64,000 bases of DNA from an uncultured Arenicella sp. (GCA_943846765.1 OX044369.1:1832715-1896714), one strand, 5' to 3'; positions 25,620 through 36,344 are shown, numbered from the stretch's first letter. Program-made: numbers and translations. Notes: generated by a model from the sequence alone, not told the origin.

Positions 25620-27995
25620 ATGAAAGCACCCACAAACGCAGTATCTGTAGCACCTAATCAAACTAGGCGCGCCGCACTAAATTGGCGCACAGCTTATAAA
25701 ACAGTAGTTCTCGTAGCGGGTTTAACAATGAGTGCCGCGCCCGCAATTCAGGCACAAGAAAGTACCGGTTTCCTAGAAGAGATAATTGTTACGGCACAAA
25801 AACGCGCGCAAAGTGTGCAAGACGTGCCTTTGGCGGTAACTGTTCTAGACAGTGCTAGAATTGAATCTGCACATGCGAATGGCTTTGAAGACCTACAACA
25901 GCTGATTCCGTCAGTGTCGTTTCGTAAGGGTAATACCAATCGGAACTCTTCGGCCGTTGTCCGTGGTATAGGTACTATCTCGTTTTCGATTGCCGCCGAA
26001 CCTAGTGTCTCAACAGTAGTCGATGGTGTGGTGCTTGGTCGTTCAGGACAAGCCTTTACTGATCTGTATGATCTTGAACGTCTTGAAGTCTTACGCGGTC
26101 CTCAAGGAACATTGTTTGGTAAGAACGCTTCTGCTGGTGTCATAAATATGACGACCAAGCGACCTACTGAAGAATTGTCTGGTAGTGTTGATTTGTCCTT
26201 TTTCGAAGATAATGAAACTCGTCTTAAAGCCAGCGTGTCGGGTGCTTTGTCAGACAATGTTCGTGCTAGCTTAACGGCGTTTAGTGGCGACTTTGATGGC
26301 TACATTACTAACACGTTCAACGGCGAAACTGTTAACGGTTACGACCGAGAAGGTTTTCGTGGCATGTTGGAGTGGGATGTTAACGACAACGTCAATGTGC
26401 TCGTGATTGCTGAAGACTACACGGCAAACGACAATTGCTGTGCCGACCTAGAACTGCTTCCGAGTGGTCGTAACCCTGCGTCACCGGCCCAGCCAAACAG
26501 TAATGGTATTGTGGGCGGCGTAGCAGACATAGATCTCGATCAGCGGTTTGTTGATCACGATTTAACAACTCGCACAATGGATGATCATCAAGCGATTTCA
26601 ATTCAAGTTGAAGCTCAGGTTGGCGACTACACGTTAACGTCTATCACTGCGACACGTGAGTGGGACAATACGGAAGTGCGAGAGGGTGACTTTACCTCTA
26701 ACGCGGGTGACTTTGCTTTGCCTGTAGATTTCTCATCTACATTCTTCCAGTTGCATGATGTTGGTATTCAAACATGGGAGCAATTCTCTCAAGAGTTGCG
26801 CATCGCTTCACCAGACGAGGGCGCTTTGACTTGGCAAGCGGGATTGTTCTACTGGAATATCGAGTCAGACCGTAGCTTCCGCCGTGATGCCAGTTGTCAG
26901 GTGCACCCTAACAATGCCGCTACGTTAGCCGCCAACCCTGGTCTTACTTGTTTGGCGAACGATATTGTGGCGGCAACGGCTGTTATGGATACCGAGTTCG
27001 ACAATATTGCCGTATTTGGTCAAGGCGAAGTTGATATTACAGACAATGTGAAAATGATTTTTGGCGCTCGCTATACTGAAGATGAAGTGTCATTTACACA
27101 TCGTCGTACTAACAATGATGCGTTTGGTCGACGTGGTGTTGGAGTAAGAAGCGCAATGCTCAATACCAACTTTGCTAATGAAACTGATGCTACCAATGCA
27201 TCCGGTAAGATCGGGTTGCAGTGGGAAGTTAATGACAAAGGCATGATGTACACGTCATACACCGAAGGCTATAAAGGCCCTGCGTTTAACGTGTTTTACA
27301 ACATGAGCAACAATGACACGGCTCCCATAGCAGAAGAAACGTCTAACGCTTTTGAGATCGGTTATAAGTTTACGGGCGACAACTTGTTTGCCAATGTTGC
27401 TATCTTCAAAACTGATATCGAAAACTTTCAAGCCAATAATTTCGATAGTTCAGGTGGCACAACTATTACGCGTTTAACGAATGCCGGTGATGTTTCAACT
27501 CAAGGTATTGAAGTTGATTTTACTTGGCAGCCGTCTGAAAACTTAAGTTTTACTGGTGGCTTTGCAAGTATAGATGCTGAAATTGATCGTTTTAATTGCC
27601 CAGTAGGAGTGGCTCCAGGTTCATGTACTAGTCGAAGTGGCTTAGATGTACCGTTCTCTCCAGATCTTAAGTATTCAGTTGCAGCAAACTATGTGTTGCC
27701 GCTAAATAATATGGATGTGATTTTTAACGGGTCATTTGTACATACCGATGAGCAGGTATCTGATTTACCAAGCAATAGCGGTGCAGAAAATCCTGCCGCG
27801 TTATTGCCGGAATACGATATCTTTAATGCGAGTGTCGCATTCTCTTTCTCAGAAGATAAATACCGTGTGACATTGATTGGTAAGAACCTAGGTGACGAGA
27901 GTTATGTTACTACTTACAGTGGTGATGGATTCCGTTACCAAATACCAAGAGATGCACAGCGTTACTTTGGAGTGAGTTTGAGAGCTAACTTCTAA
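25620..27995 (+). CDS. TonB-dependent outer-membrane receptor
   Basis: Signal peptide, plug domain (EEIIVTAQKR...LEVLRGPQGTLFGKNASAGVIN), a long beta-barrel, and a C-terminal ...SLRANF. GGAGGAGG precedes ATG 25620. Confidence 0.9.
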   Translation: MKAPTNAVSVAPNQTRRAALNWRTAYKTVVLVAGLTMSAAPAIQAQESTGFLEEIIVTAQKRAQSVQDVPLAVTVLDSARIESAHANGFEDLQQLIPSVSFRKGNTNRNSSAVVRGIGTISFSIAAEPSVSTVVDGVVLGRSGQAFTDLYDLERLEVLRGPQGTLFGKNASAGVINMTTKRPTEELSGSVDLSFFEDNETRLKASVSGALSDNVRASLTAFSGDFDGYITNTFNGETVNGYDREGFRGMLEWDVNDNVNVLVIAEDYTANDNCCADLELLPSGRNPASPAQPNSNGIVGGVADIDLDQRFVDHDLTTRTMDDHQAISIQVEAQVGDYTLTSITATREWDNTEVREGDFTSNAGDFALPVDFSSTFFQLHDVGIQTWEQFSQELRIASPDEGALTWQAGLFYWNIESDRSFRRDASCQVHPNNAATLAANPGLTCLANDIVAATAVMDTEFDNIAVFGQGEVDITDNVKMIFGARYTEDEVSFTHRRTNNDAFGRRGVGVRSAMLNTNFANETDATNASGKIGLQWEVNDKGMMYTSYTEGYKGPAFNVFYNMSNNDTAPIAEETSNAFEIGYKFTGDNLFANVAIFKTDIENFQANNFDSSGGTTITRLTNAGDVSTQGIEVDFTWQPSENLSFTGGFASIDAEIDRFNCPVGVAPGSCTSRSGLDVPFSPDLKYSVAANYVLPLNNMDVIFNGSFVHTDEQVSDLPSNSGAENPAALLPEYDIFNASVAFSFSEDKYRVTLIGKNLGDESYVTTYSGDGFRYQIPRDAQRYFGVSLRANF

Positions 27996-28030
27996 ATCGC
28001 TTTCTAGACTTAGATAGAGTTTCAAGATTA

Positions 28031-28056
28031 AGAGCTGCTTTTGCAGCTCTTTTTTT
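28031..28056 (+). terminator. Rho-independent terminator after the receptor gene
   Basis: AGAGCTGC-TTTT-GCAGCTCT stem-loop followed by TTTTTT. Confidence 0.8.
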
Positions 28057-28267
28057 GTGCATGTGAATAAAATTCAATGCCATAGCCTCAGATGAGCAAG
28101 TGTTAATCATTCGCAATAATCGTAACTCAGTGACGTTCTGTGCACTAAATATTCGTATGATGTGGCGCTTAAAGCACTAAATCCTGAGCTGAGCCTTAAA
28201 GCCGCTAACGGTTGCATGGCTTGTTCGATTGAAATCCATATTTAAGTACGCACAAGAGTTAGACATT

Positions 28268-28990
28268 ATGTCCCAAGTAAACGTTGAGTCGCGGCCCGCA
28301 ACCGCGCCTGCCGCAGTTCAAACTGAACCTGTCTTGCAGGTCAAAAACGTCAGTAAAATTGTACCGACTGGTGATATTCAACTGACCATTTTAGATAACG
28401 TCAGCCTGGAAATTAACCAGGGTCAGAGCATCGCTATAATCGGTCCAAGCGGAGCAGGTAAATCAACTTTACTAGGTCTGATGGCGGGCTTGGATACACC
28501 GACCTCAGGCTCTATTAGTTTGGGGTCGCATGAGATCACAGCTATGGACGAAGAAGGTCGCGCGCGCGTTCGAGCAGAGTTAGTTGGATTTGTCTTCCAA
28601 ACGTTTCAATTGCTCAGCAGTTTAACGGCATTAGAGAATGTTGCTTTACCGTTAGAGTTATCGGGTCACAAAGGCGCGGCTGCAAAAGCTAAAGAATATC
28701 TTGAGCAGGTTGGTCTAGGTGCTCGCCTGAGCCACTATCCAAAGCAGCTTTCTGGTGGTGAACAACAAAGGGTTGCCATAGCACGCGCTTTTGCTTGCGA
28801 GCCCAAGATATTGTTTGCCGATGAACCTACTGGAAATCTCGATCAAACTACGGGCGGTGCCGTTAGTGATTTACTGTTTGACCTTAATGACAAGAACGGC
28901 ACTACCCTAATCCTTGTTACTCACGAACAACGTCTAGCGGAACGTTGTTCGCGCATCGTAACGATTGATGACGGCCGTATAGTGGATTGA
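28268..28990 (+). CDS. ybbA: ABC transporter ATP-binding protein (YbbA/LolD-like)
   Basis: GPSGAGKST Walker [15 protein letters not shown] signature, [12 protein letters not shown]alker B. ATG 28268 is preferred. Confidence 0.85.
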   Translation: MSQVNVESRPATAPAAVQTEPVLQVKNVSKIVPTGDIQLTILDNVSLEINQGQSIAIIGPSGAGKSTLLGLMAGLDTPTSGSISLGSHEITAMDEEGRARVRAELVGFVFQTFQLLSSLTALENVALPLELSGHKGAAAKAKEYLEQVGLGARLSHYPKQLSGGEQQRVAIARAFACEPKILFADEPTGNLDQTTGGAVSDLLFDLNDKNGTTLILVTHEQRLAERCSRIVTIDDGRIVD

Positions 28991-28994
28991 GCCA

Positions 28995-31556
28995 ATGTTG
29001 CTAGATATAAAATTACTATGGCGTGATTGGCGTGGTGGACAGTTAGGGCTAATTGTTTGGTCACTGGTATTAGCGGTTGCAGTCGTTACTGCAGTGAGCC
29101 TGCTGGCCGATCGTGTTGAACGAGGTTTGAACGAACAAATCAGTGCGTTTCTTGCGGCGGATATGGCGGTAAGAAGTGGCATTGAGATAGCGCCGTTGTA
29201 CAAAAGCCAAGCGGATGACGCTGGATTACAAACAGCCAATACGGCTACGTTTGTGTCGATGCTGTTCTCTAGCAACCCCGACAGTGAAGCCAACCATCTT
29301 GCCGCTATTAAAGCGGTAGAGTCAACCTACCCCTTGCGCGGGGAGCTTGAATTGGTTGATTCATTTGAAGACACAACAATAGAGCTTTCTCAAAGCGGAC
29401 CTCCCGTTGGAGAGGTTTGGGTTGAGCCACGACTCTTAACCATTTTAGATATTAAAGTCGGCGATACCTTAGAAGTCGGCTATGCGGAATTTACGATCAG
29501 CAAACTTATTGCCAATGAGCCAGATCGAGGTGGTGGGTTCTCGTCTGCAGCCGCTCGCGTAATGATGAATTATGCCGACCTGGCTAAGACTGAGTTGATT
29601 CGCCCCGGTAGTCGCGTGAACTATCGTCTGCTATTGGCTGGCGATACGGCGGCCGTTGATCAATACAAAACTTGGTTTGCTGAACTTGATTCGGGCGATA
29701 GCCAACTGCAATCGCATGTCAGATTACAAACGGCTGAAGAGGAAGAGGAGCAACTAGGTTCGGCGTTACAGCGAGGTCGATCTTTTCTTCTGCTGAGCGG
29801 AACCATCGGTGTATTGCTAGCCGGTTTAGCAATGGCTTTGGCGAGTCATCGATACGCCAATAGATTGATTGATCAAGTCGCGCTAATGAAGGCGTGGGGT
29901 CAGTCGGCGAGACGCATTCGTCAGAGTCAATTTGTACGCTTGAGTGTGCTTACGCTAATTGCAACAACGCTCGGCCTCTTCTTTGGCTGGTTAGCTCATT
30001 GGTTTTTGCTTGAGGTCGCTAAAGAGTTCTTTGGTGCCGACTTGCCCTTACCGAGTATGCGACCGTGGTTAGTTTCCGGGGCTACTGGAATAGTGTGTGT
30101 ATTAGGCTTTGCGCTTCCCGCGTTATGGCATCTACCGGCCATAGAACCTTTGCGTGTATTGCGGCGTGACTTACCCGATTCGCTAATGAGTCAGGGTATG
30201 CGTTTGTCCATCGGAGTGGTCGCACTGTTATTACTTACCTTTTGGTACAGCGGAAGTTTGTTAATCGCTGCGCTGTTTCTTGGGTGTCTGTTTGCATTGT
30301 TCGCTGTGAGCGGCCTGTTTGCTCTACAGTTTTTGCGTTTAGTTCAAACTATGGGCAATTGGCGCGGGAGTTATGTGAGGCTTGGGCTAGCTAACCTTTG
30401 GCGTCGTCGTGGTCAGACCATGGTCCAGCTCATCGGTTTTTCTACCACTCTATTATTGCTATTAGTCGTAACAGGTCTACGCACAAGCTTGATCTCTGAA
30501 TGGCAAGCACAGCTGCCAGAAGACACACCGACCCATTTCGTTTTTAATGTGGCGGACCAAGATCTAGAGCAAGTTAAAAGCACTCTTGATGAGAATGGCG
30601 TGTTGCACAACACATGGTATCCGATGGTGCGGGGTCGCATCGTTGGCATCAATGGCGAAGCCTTAACGCGTGAGCGCTTGGCGCAAAGCGATGGTCTAGC
30701 GCGTGAGATAAATTTTACGCAAACGGCAGAGTTGCCTGTTGAGAATGTACTTACAGCTGGAACGTGGTGGGGCGAGGACTTTGACCCTGCTATCTCGCAG
30801 ATATCTATGGAGCAAGATGTTGCCCAAGAAATTGGCGTTGGCTTAGGTGACAACTTGCAGATCAGCGTTGGCGGAATCGAATTTAGTGCGCAGTTGACCA
30901 GCATCAGAACGGTCAACTGGCAATCTATGACGCCTAACTTCTATCTTATATTCACACCAGGAAGCTTAGATAAATTCTCGCCTAATTGGTTGAGTGGGGT
31001 GTTGGATCCAGTCGTTAAAGCGCAAGAGTCTCAGGCACCTAATGACTCTACCACCGTGGTACAGAAAGAAGCGGCTTTTGTTACGTCCATGGTCAAACAG
31101 TTTCCGACCGCTGTTGTTTTGCAGCTCGGCGATATCATTGAACGTATTCGCTCGGTGATTGATAAGGTTACTCGCGGATTAGAAATGATTCTACTCTTAG
31201 TGTTGGCGTGCGGTGCGCTGGTTTTGTTTGCCGCAATTGCCGTTTCGTTTGACGAACGATTGCGTGAAAACGCAATATTGAGAACACTGGGTAGCTCGCA
31301 AAAATTGGTGTTTGGCGCACTGGCTGTTGAGTTTGCAACCTTGGGTCTTATTGCCGGGTTGATCGCCAGCGTGGGCGCTGAAATTGTTTTGTACTTTATG
31401 CAAACCAGAGTATTTGAAATGGAGCCAGGATTGCATCCTTCTTTATGGCTGTTGGGTATGGGCAGTGGCGTATTACTCATCGGTGCATTAGGGCTGTTAC
31501 GTAGCCGCCCGATAATATCGGTGCCGCCATTGCAGTCATTACGACAACTTAACTAG
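28995..31556 (+). CDS. ybbP: FtsX-family ABC permease with two FtsX domains (YbbP-like)
   Basis: 853 aa with two 4-TM FtsX modules separated by large exported domains, immediately after the ATPase gene. Confidence 0.8.
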   Translation: MLLDIKLLWRDWRGGQLGLIVWSLVLAVAVVTAVSLLADRVERGLNEQISAFLAADMAVRSGIEIAPLYKSQADDAGLQTANTATFVSMLFSSNPDSEANHLAAIKAVESTYPLRGELELVDSFEDTTIELSQSGPPVGEVWVEPRLLTILDIKVGDTLEVGYAEFTISKLIANEPDRGGGFSSAAARVMMNYADLAKTELIRPGSRVNYRLLLAGDTAAVDQYKTWFAELDSGDSQLQSHVRLQTAEEEEEQLGSALQRGRSFLLLSGTIGVLLAGLAMALASHRYANRLIDQVALMKAWGQSARRIRQSQFVRLSVLTLIATTLGLFFGWLAHWFLLEVAKEFFGADLPLPSMRPWLVSGATGIVCVLGFALPALWHLPAIEPLRVLRRDLPDSLMSQGMRLSIGVVALLLLTFWYSGSLLIAALFLGCLFALFAVSGLFALQFLRLVQTMGNWRGSYVRLGLANLWRRRGQTMVQLIGFSTTLLLLLVVTGLRTSLISEWQAQLPEDTPTHFVFNVADQDLEQVKSTLDENGVLHNTWYPMVRGRIVGINGEALTRERLAQSDGLAREINFTQTAELPVENVLTAGTWWGEDFDPAISQISMEQDVAQEIGVGLGDNLQISVGGIEFSAQLTSIRTVNWQSMTPNFYLIFTPGSLDKFSPNWLSGVLDPVVKAQESQAPNDSTTVVQKEAAFVTSMVKQFPTAVVLQLGDIIERIRSVIDKVTRGLEMILLLVLACGALVLFAAIAVSFDERLRENAILRTLGSSQKLVFGALAVEFATLGLIAGLIASVGAEIVLYFMQTRVFEMEPGLHPSLWLLGMGSGVLLIGALGLLRSRPIISVPPLQSLRQLN

Positions 31557-31606
31557 ATATGCGCGTGTCGCAATAGTCGAATCGGTTTAACTGGTATAAT
31601 CAGGGT

Positions 31607-32233
31607 ATGAATACAATCAGTCACAATTCCACATTTGTTCTATCGCTCGCATTATTGTTTATTGCTGTATCAGGCGCTGTAAACGCGCAAGGTATGGTGA
31701 TCATGGGCGACAGTAGTGCGGCTCAAGATTGCCATAGAGCGGCGGATACAGCGGCTGTCACGCGCATGGTGGGTAATGAAGACATCAAGCAGTGTGATCT
31801 TGCTCTTGAGTACGGAGGCTTAAAGGCAAAAGACAGGATAGCGACCTACGTAAACCGGGGGATTTTGTATTCGGCGAACGAAGACTATAGAAAGGCCGAA
31901 CTGGATTACGAACGCGCCGCCGCGATCCCTGGACACGGCGCTGAGGTATACGCTAACAAAGGTAATTTGTTTTTTGTTAAACGCGATTATCAGAGTGCTC
32001 TAAATAATTACAACAAAGCTATCGAGATGGGAATGTCGCGCGTACAGATCGCGTACGCGAATCGTGGCATGGTTTACGAAGCACAAATGCAGTTAGAACT
32101 AGCACAGGCTGACTTTCAGAAAGCGTTGGAAATTTCGCCTGAGTGGCTCAAGGCCCAACAGCTTTTGGCTCGCGTAGAACGCAAAATCCAAATGCGCGAT
32201 GGCGAGCACAATGGCGAGCACAATGACCTATAA
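31607..32233 (+). CDS. Exported TPR-repeat protein
   Basis: A signal peptide and several 34-aa TPR-like repeats (YVNRGILYSANEDYRKAELDYERA, YANKGNLFFVKRDYQSALNNYNKA...). Confidence 0.65.
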   Translation: MNTISHNSTFVLSLALLFIAVSGAVNAQGMVIMGDSSAAQDCHRAADTAAVTRMVGNEDIKQCDLALEYGGLKAKDRIATYVNRGILYSANEDYRKAELDYERAAAIPGHGAEVYANKGNLFFVKRDYQSALNNYNKAIEMGMSRVQIAYANRGMVYEAQMQLELAQADFQKALEISPEWLKAQQLLARVERKIQMRDGEHNGEHNDL

Positions 32234-32241
32234 GGTGTTGC

Positions 32242-32802
32242 GTGGATAACGCCAAACTCGCGGTTCAAGAATGGCTGAGTGGTGTTGTTATTGGATACAA
32301 TTTTTGTCCCTTCGCGGGTGACGCCTTGGGCAAAGGCAAAGTCCGCTTTGAGGTGTGTAGCGAGACCAGCGAAGAACTGATCCTCAGTGACCTCGAATCA
32401 GAACTCAATATGCTCGCGGCCTCACCCGATATCGAAACATCTCTATTGATTATTGACAGGGCGCTGAACGACTTTGGTCAATACAATCAGTTTCTCGACC
32501 TTGCCGAAGCCTTAGTAGTTGAACTGGGTCATGCGGGTAGATTTCAAATAGCGAGTTTTCATCCGGATTACTGCTTTGCTGATGTTTCGCAATCCGACCC
32601 GTCTAATTATACTAATAGGGCGCCCTACCCAGTACTGCATATTCTGCGCGAGAGAAGCGTCGAATGGGCAGTTGAAAACTACACTGATGTAGACCTTATT
32701 CCAGAAAAAAACATTGCGCGCTTGCACGCAACAACAGATGCAGAATTGGAACAGATCATACGCCTGAGTAGCCCTAGCAAAGATTCAAAGGAAAATACGT
32801 AA
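32242..32802 (+). CDS. Conserved hypothetical protein (possibly DUF1415 family)
   Basis: The YNFCPFA N-terminal motif and ~185 aa, recalled as DUF1415-like. GTG start. Confidence 0.4.
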   Translation: MDNAKLAVQEWLSGVVIGYNFCPFAGDALGKGKVRFEVCSETSEELILSDLESELNMLAASPDIETSLLIIDRALNDFGQYNQFLDLAEALVVELGHAGRFQIASFHPDYCFADVSQSDPSNYTNRAPYPVLHILRERSVEWAVENYTDVDLIPEKNIARLHATTDAELEQIIRLSSPSKDSKENT

Positions 32803-34097
32803 TGACTGCAGTTCCGTCTAAGCCAGTATTCGGACTGTGGACGCTGGTTGCACTCGTTGTTGGTAATGCCGTCGGTGCTGGTATTTATACAACCTCTGGA
32901 TTTGCATTGACCGATTTGGGCTCGCGAGAATGGGTGCTGTTAGCCTGGGTCGTAGCTGGCTTAATCGCATTATGCGGCGCGGTGTCTTATAGCATGTTGG
33001 TGCGAGGCATTACTGAATCCGGAGGAGAGTATCTGTATCTCTCTCGGTCGATACACCCCATTGCAGGTTACGTTGCGGGTTGGATTTCGTTACTCGCTGG
33101 ATTTCCTGGAGCCATTGCATTTGCCGCTACGGCGTTTGAATCTTATACGGTTGCGTCTATCCCTTTTCTAGAACAACTTCCTAACGATGTGCTCGCTGTA
33201 ATTGTGACTCTACTGGCAGGGCTAGTGCACATAGTGCGTGTTCGTTCAGGAGCACGCGCACACGAGTGGATTGTTGGCTTTATGCTGCTGGTGTTAGTGG
33301 TGTTAATTGCGTGGTCTGGCTGGCAATTGGTCAGTGTTCCGCGTTTGGCTGATACAACAACGTTAACTACTTTTAGTCTGTTCGCATTCGCCAATAGTTT
33401 GGTGTGGATATCACTCAGTTATTCGGGATTTAACGCAGCGGCCTACGTGGCTGGCGAAGTTGACGATGCCAAACGAATTGTCCCATTGGGGATGATTTAC
33501 GGTACGTTTGCAACGCTCTTACTGTGTGTGCTGGTCAATGCCATTATGCTTTATGCAGCACCCGCCAGCGAGCTGGTCGGCAGGCCCGACATCGCTTTAG
33601 TCGCTGCGCGCTCTTTGTCGGGAGACATTGGCGTTTGGGTAATTCAACTGGTTATTGCTGTATCGCTACTCACGTCGATCACCGCTATGGTACTCGCGGG
33701 CCCGCGGGTCTATGCAAAAATGGCGGAAGACGGCGCACTCCCTCGTTTGTTTAAAGCTAAGGAAGGCGAGCCGCCTCGCGCATCGATTATGTTACAGGTG
33801 GCAACCGCTTTGGTGCTCATTCTTATTGCGGATTTACGCGATCTTTTGTCTTACTTAGGCTTAACTTTATCGCTGTGTTTGGCGTTAGCGGTGACGAGCT
33901 TGTTTGTTAGGCATTTTCGATTAGGTGAACGTCCTGTCTCAAAACTATATCCAATCGCTCCCATTACCTTTGTAGTCTGCACGGTTGGGTTCGCAGGGCT
34001 CTCGGCGATGCATGCACCGCTGCAGTTTGTCGCCGCGATTCCTACTATCTTGGCGGGCGTAGTTGCTTACTACTTGACTCGGCGTCAGCCGAATTAG
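32802..34097 (+). CDS. APC-superfamily amino acid/polyamine permease
   Basis: Twelve predicted TM helices and an N-terminal GNAVGAGIYTTSG block. Confidence 0.75.
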   Translation: MTAVPSKPVFGLWTLVALVVGNAVGAGIYTTSGFALTDLGSREWVLLAWVVAGLIALCGAVSYSMLVRGITESGGEYLYLSRSIHPIAGYVAGWISLLAGFPGAIAFAATAFESYTVASIPFLEQLPNDVLAVIVTLLAGLVHIVRVRSGARAHEWIVGFMLLVLVVLIAWSGWQLVSVPRLADTTTLTTFSLFAFANSLVWISLSYSGFNAAAYVAGEVDDAKRIVPLGMIYGTFATLLLCVLVNAIMLYAAPASELVGRPDIALVAARSLSGDIGVWVIQLVIAVSLLTSITAMVLAGPRVYAKMAEDGALPRLFKAKEGEPPRASIMLQVATALVLILIADLRDLLSYLGLTLSLCLALAVTSLFVRHFRLGERPVSKLYPIAPITFVVCTVGFAGLSAMHAPLQFVAAIPTILAGVVAYYLTRRQPN

Positions 34098-34160
34098 TTT
34101 GAATCTAGACAGAGCGCTTAGTTGTTTTCTTCACATCAATTGTCTTCAAGGCTGTCCAGC

Positions 34161-36344
34161 CTACTCGTTATCTTGCTCTTGAATGAGGGTTAACAGGTGT
34201 GCTGTAGCGCGCGCGTCGTCTAGGGCTCTGTGATGATTCTTAAGGTCTATATCAAAATGCTCCACGAGCTTGCCTAGGCTGTATGACTTCAAACCCGGGA
34301 ACGCCTTACGTGCGTTACGCACTGTACATAGCTTAGGCATGCTAAACGACCGATCAATTGCCAGATACGCGGCCTTGATAAAGCCATAATCAAAGCCAAC
34401 ATTGTGCGCCACAAATACACAGCCCTCTAATTGCTTTTTAAGTTGATCGGCGATTTCAGCAAATATAGGTGCATCTTCGACCATAGCATTGCTAATACCG
34501 GTTAGGTGTGTGATGTGGCGAGGGATCGAGCGGTTTGGTTTGACTAAGGTCGACCATTCGTCGATAACCTTTTTGTCTTTTAATTTAACTACAGCGACTT
34601 CGGTTATAGCATTGCCGTTTTGTCGTCCGCCGGTCGTTTCGATATCGACCACTGCGTAGACTTGGTTGGGGTCGGTGGTCCAATGAACGGGTCGAATTAG
34701 TACAGTGAATCCAGCGCGCTGCAGGCGGTTTATGCTGACCAATTGGTTGGGTCGAATCACATCGCCTGGCGCCTTTACTTCTTCAAATCGCAGCCCGTTC
34801 TCGTCTAACACTAAGATGTCTGGATAACCATCTTTGGTGTTTTTGTAATCTCTTGCCATGCGCATCATTACTTTCGCAAGAGCGTCAGCAGGCGCATGTT
34901 TGAGAACGAGCAACATCGTCGAAAGCACTGTTTCAGACCACCGAAACAGACCGGTGGGATAACCGTGTTTACTCACAGCCATTCGCGTAAAATATTTTCT
35001 GGACCTTAGTGGTTCATCCAATATCTTAAGCTGGTCATTTATAGCCTTTTCAAAGCGGGTGTAAAAGTCACTCCGTTGGAGCACTAAAGGTAGGCGGTCA
35101 AACTCGTTTGCTTGCGCTCCGTCTTGTTCAAACAACAGATCCCAAAAGAGTAAAGCAAAGAAAGCACGCCACACCTTATTTTCTACGAACTCGGCATGTG
35201 CGCCAATGCGTTGATAGTAAGCGATAACGCCTTGTTCGGATGAGTTGAGGTAGAGCTCGTCAACGCCAATAGACTCGGCGGCATTTCTCAGCATGTCGGT
35301 ATAAATGCTGGTGCGCTTGCCGGTAAACTTACGAGCATAAAAATCCGCAATAAATATTTCGCTAGCAGCGCTCATGCCTTGTTCTTGAGCGCGCTCTTGA
35401 AGCAACTCTAACTCCAGCTTTACCTGCTCCGTATCGCCCATTTGGTACTGCAAGCGCAAACGCTTCTCTAAAACATCGGCCTGTTCGCTCAGTTGCCAAA
35501 CATCAATAGCGGCCTGCGGTTGCTCGGCTAACAATTGTTCACCTAATTTTAAAACCAGGCGGTCGCGGCTTGCAGAGCTGAACTTGCGAACTGATTGAAA
35601 ACTAGGCATTGAGTCGCCTTTTAAGAACTTCAATAGCTCTTTGTAGCGAACGCTTCCTTGGCTAATATCTCGTAGGTGCGTATGGCACTCAAATTCATGA
35701 CGCGCTTCGTCTAAAGATATAAATCGTGCGACTTGTTGTGCATCCTTAGCCTTGTTTTTGGTCGAAAGCACACCGAGATCTCGCATACTAAAACGCTGAA
35801 AGCGATTACGTAAATCACCGAAAAACAGAAACAATAAATAATCGACGACGTCTTGTTGTGAACGTTCTACATACTGATCTAAAACGTCGAGCTCTGGCTC
35901 AATATTGTTATTCTCGCTGCGCCACGTTAAACACATGCCGACCAAGGAGGCTTTAGACGTGCTCGCCGGAGCGCGAGCACCTACGCCATCAAGAATACTA
36001 AGGAGCTCTGGCTTGGTTAGCGAATTGAATAAGGAATCATCCGAATTCATAAAGCTGAGGTCGTTGGCTAAGCCAACGTTTTTTAGAGTTTCTAAACACT
36101 CATATGGCTGAGTGATTTCGGCGTACATTAGGCTAGAACGCTTTAAAAATCGTGGTTTGCGAGACCACAAGCGAACGAGTAGGCATTGTTCATCCCGATT
36201 AAGCGCCCGAAACGATCTTATATAGCTTAGTGCCTCACTCGGTAGCAAATGTAGGCAGTGGGCTTCTAAATAGTCAAAAACCTCAAGGCCGTGGTCTAAG
36301 TAGTAATGTGTGGGTAATGTAATAGCAGACATGGGTAAATACAC
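34161..36344 (-). CDS. FAN1-like VRR-NUC nuclease fused to a C-terminal DnaQ-like (DEDDh) 3'-5' exonuclease
   Basis: FAN1 N-terminal block (CLLVRLWSRKPRFLKRSSLMYAEI) and VRR-NUC PD-(D/E)XK (GYPDILVLDENGLRFEEVKAPGD). These are followed by exonuclease motifs VVDIETTG, AHNVGFDYGF and HRALDDARATAHL. Start is GTG 36344 or ATG 36332. Confidence 0.75.
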   Translation of the reverse strand: MYLPMSAITLPTHYYLDHGLEVFDYLEAHCLHLLPSEALSYIRSFRALNRDEQCLLVRLWSRKPRFLKRSSLMYAEITQPYECLETLKNVGLANDLSFMNSDDSLFNSLTKPELLSILDGVGARAPASTSKASLVGMCLTWRSENNNIEPELDVLDQYVERSQQDVVDYLLFLFFGDLRNRFQRFSMRDLGVLSTKNKAKDAQQVARFISLDEARHEFECHTHLRDISQGSVRYKELLKFLKGDSMPSFQSVRKFSSASRDRLVLKLGEQLLAEQPQAAIDVWQLSEQADVLEKRLRLQYQMGDTEQVKLELELLQERAQEQGMSAASEIFIADFYARKFTGKRTSIYTDMLRNAAESIGVDELYLNSSEQGVIAYYQRIGAHAEFVENKVWRAFFALLFWDLLFEQDGAQANEFDRLPLVLQRSDFYTRFEKAINDQLKILDEPLRSRKYFTRMAVSKHGYPTGLFRWSETVLSTMLLVLKHAPADALAKVMMRMARDYKNTKDGYPDILVLDENGLRFEEVKAPGDVIRPNQLVSINRLQRAGFTVLIRPVHWTTDPNQVYAVVDIETTGGRQNGNAITEVAVVKLKDKKVIDEWSTLVKPNRSIPRHITHLTGISNAMVEDAPIFAEIADQLKKQLEGCVFVAHNVGFDYGFIKAAYLAIDRSFSMPKLCTVRNARKAFPGLKSYSLGKLVEHFDIDLKNHHRALDDARATAHLLTLIQEQDNE

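Noticed and set aside
30413-31480. 167-aa and 149-aa minus-strand ORFs, plus smaller ones at 28934..29293 and 31197..31436.
   Set aside because: They are antisense to the well-supported 853-aa FtsX permease gene. Their composition is low-complexity and they show no family features.
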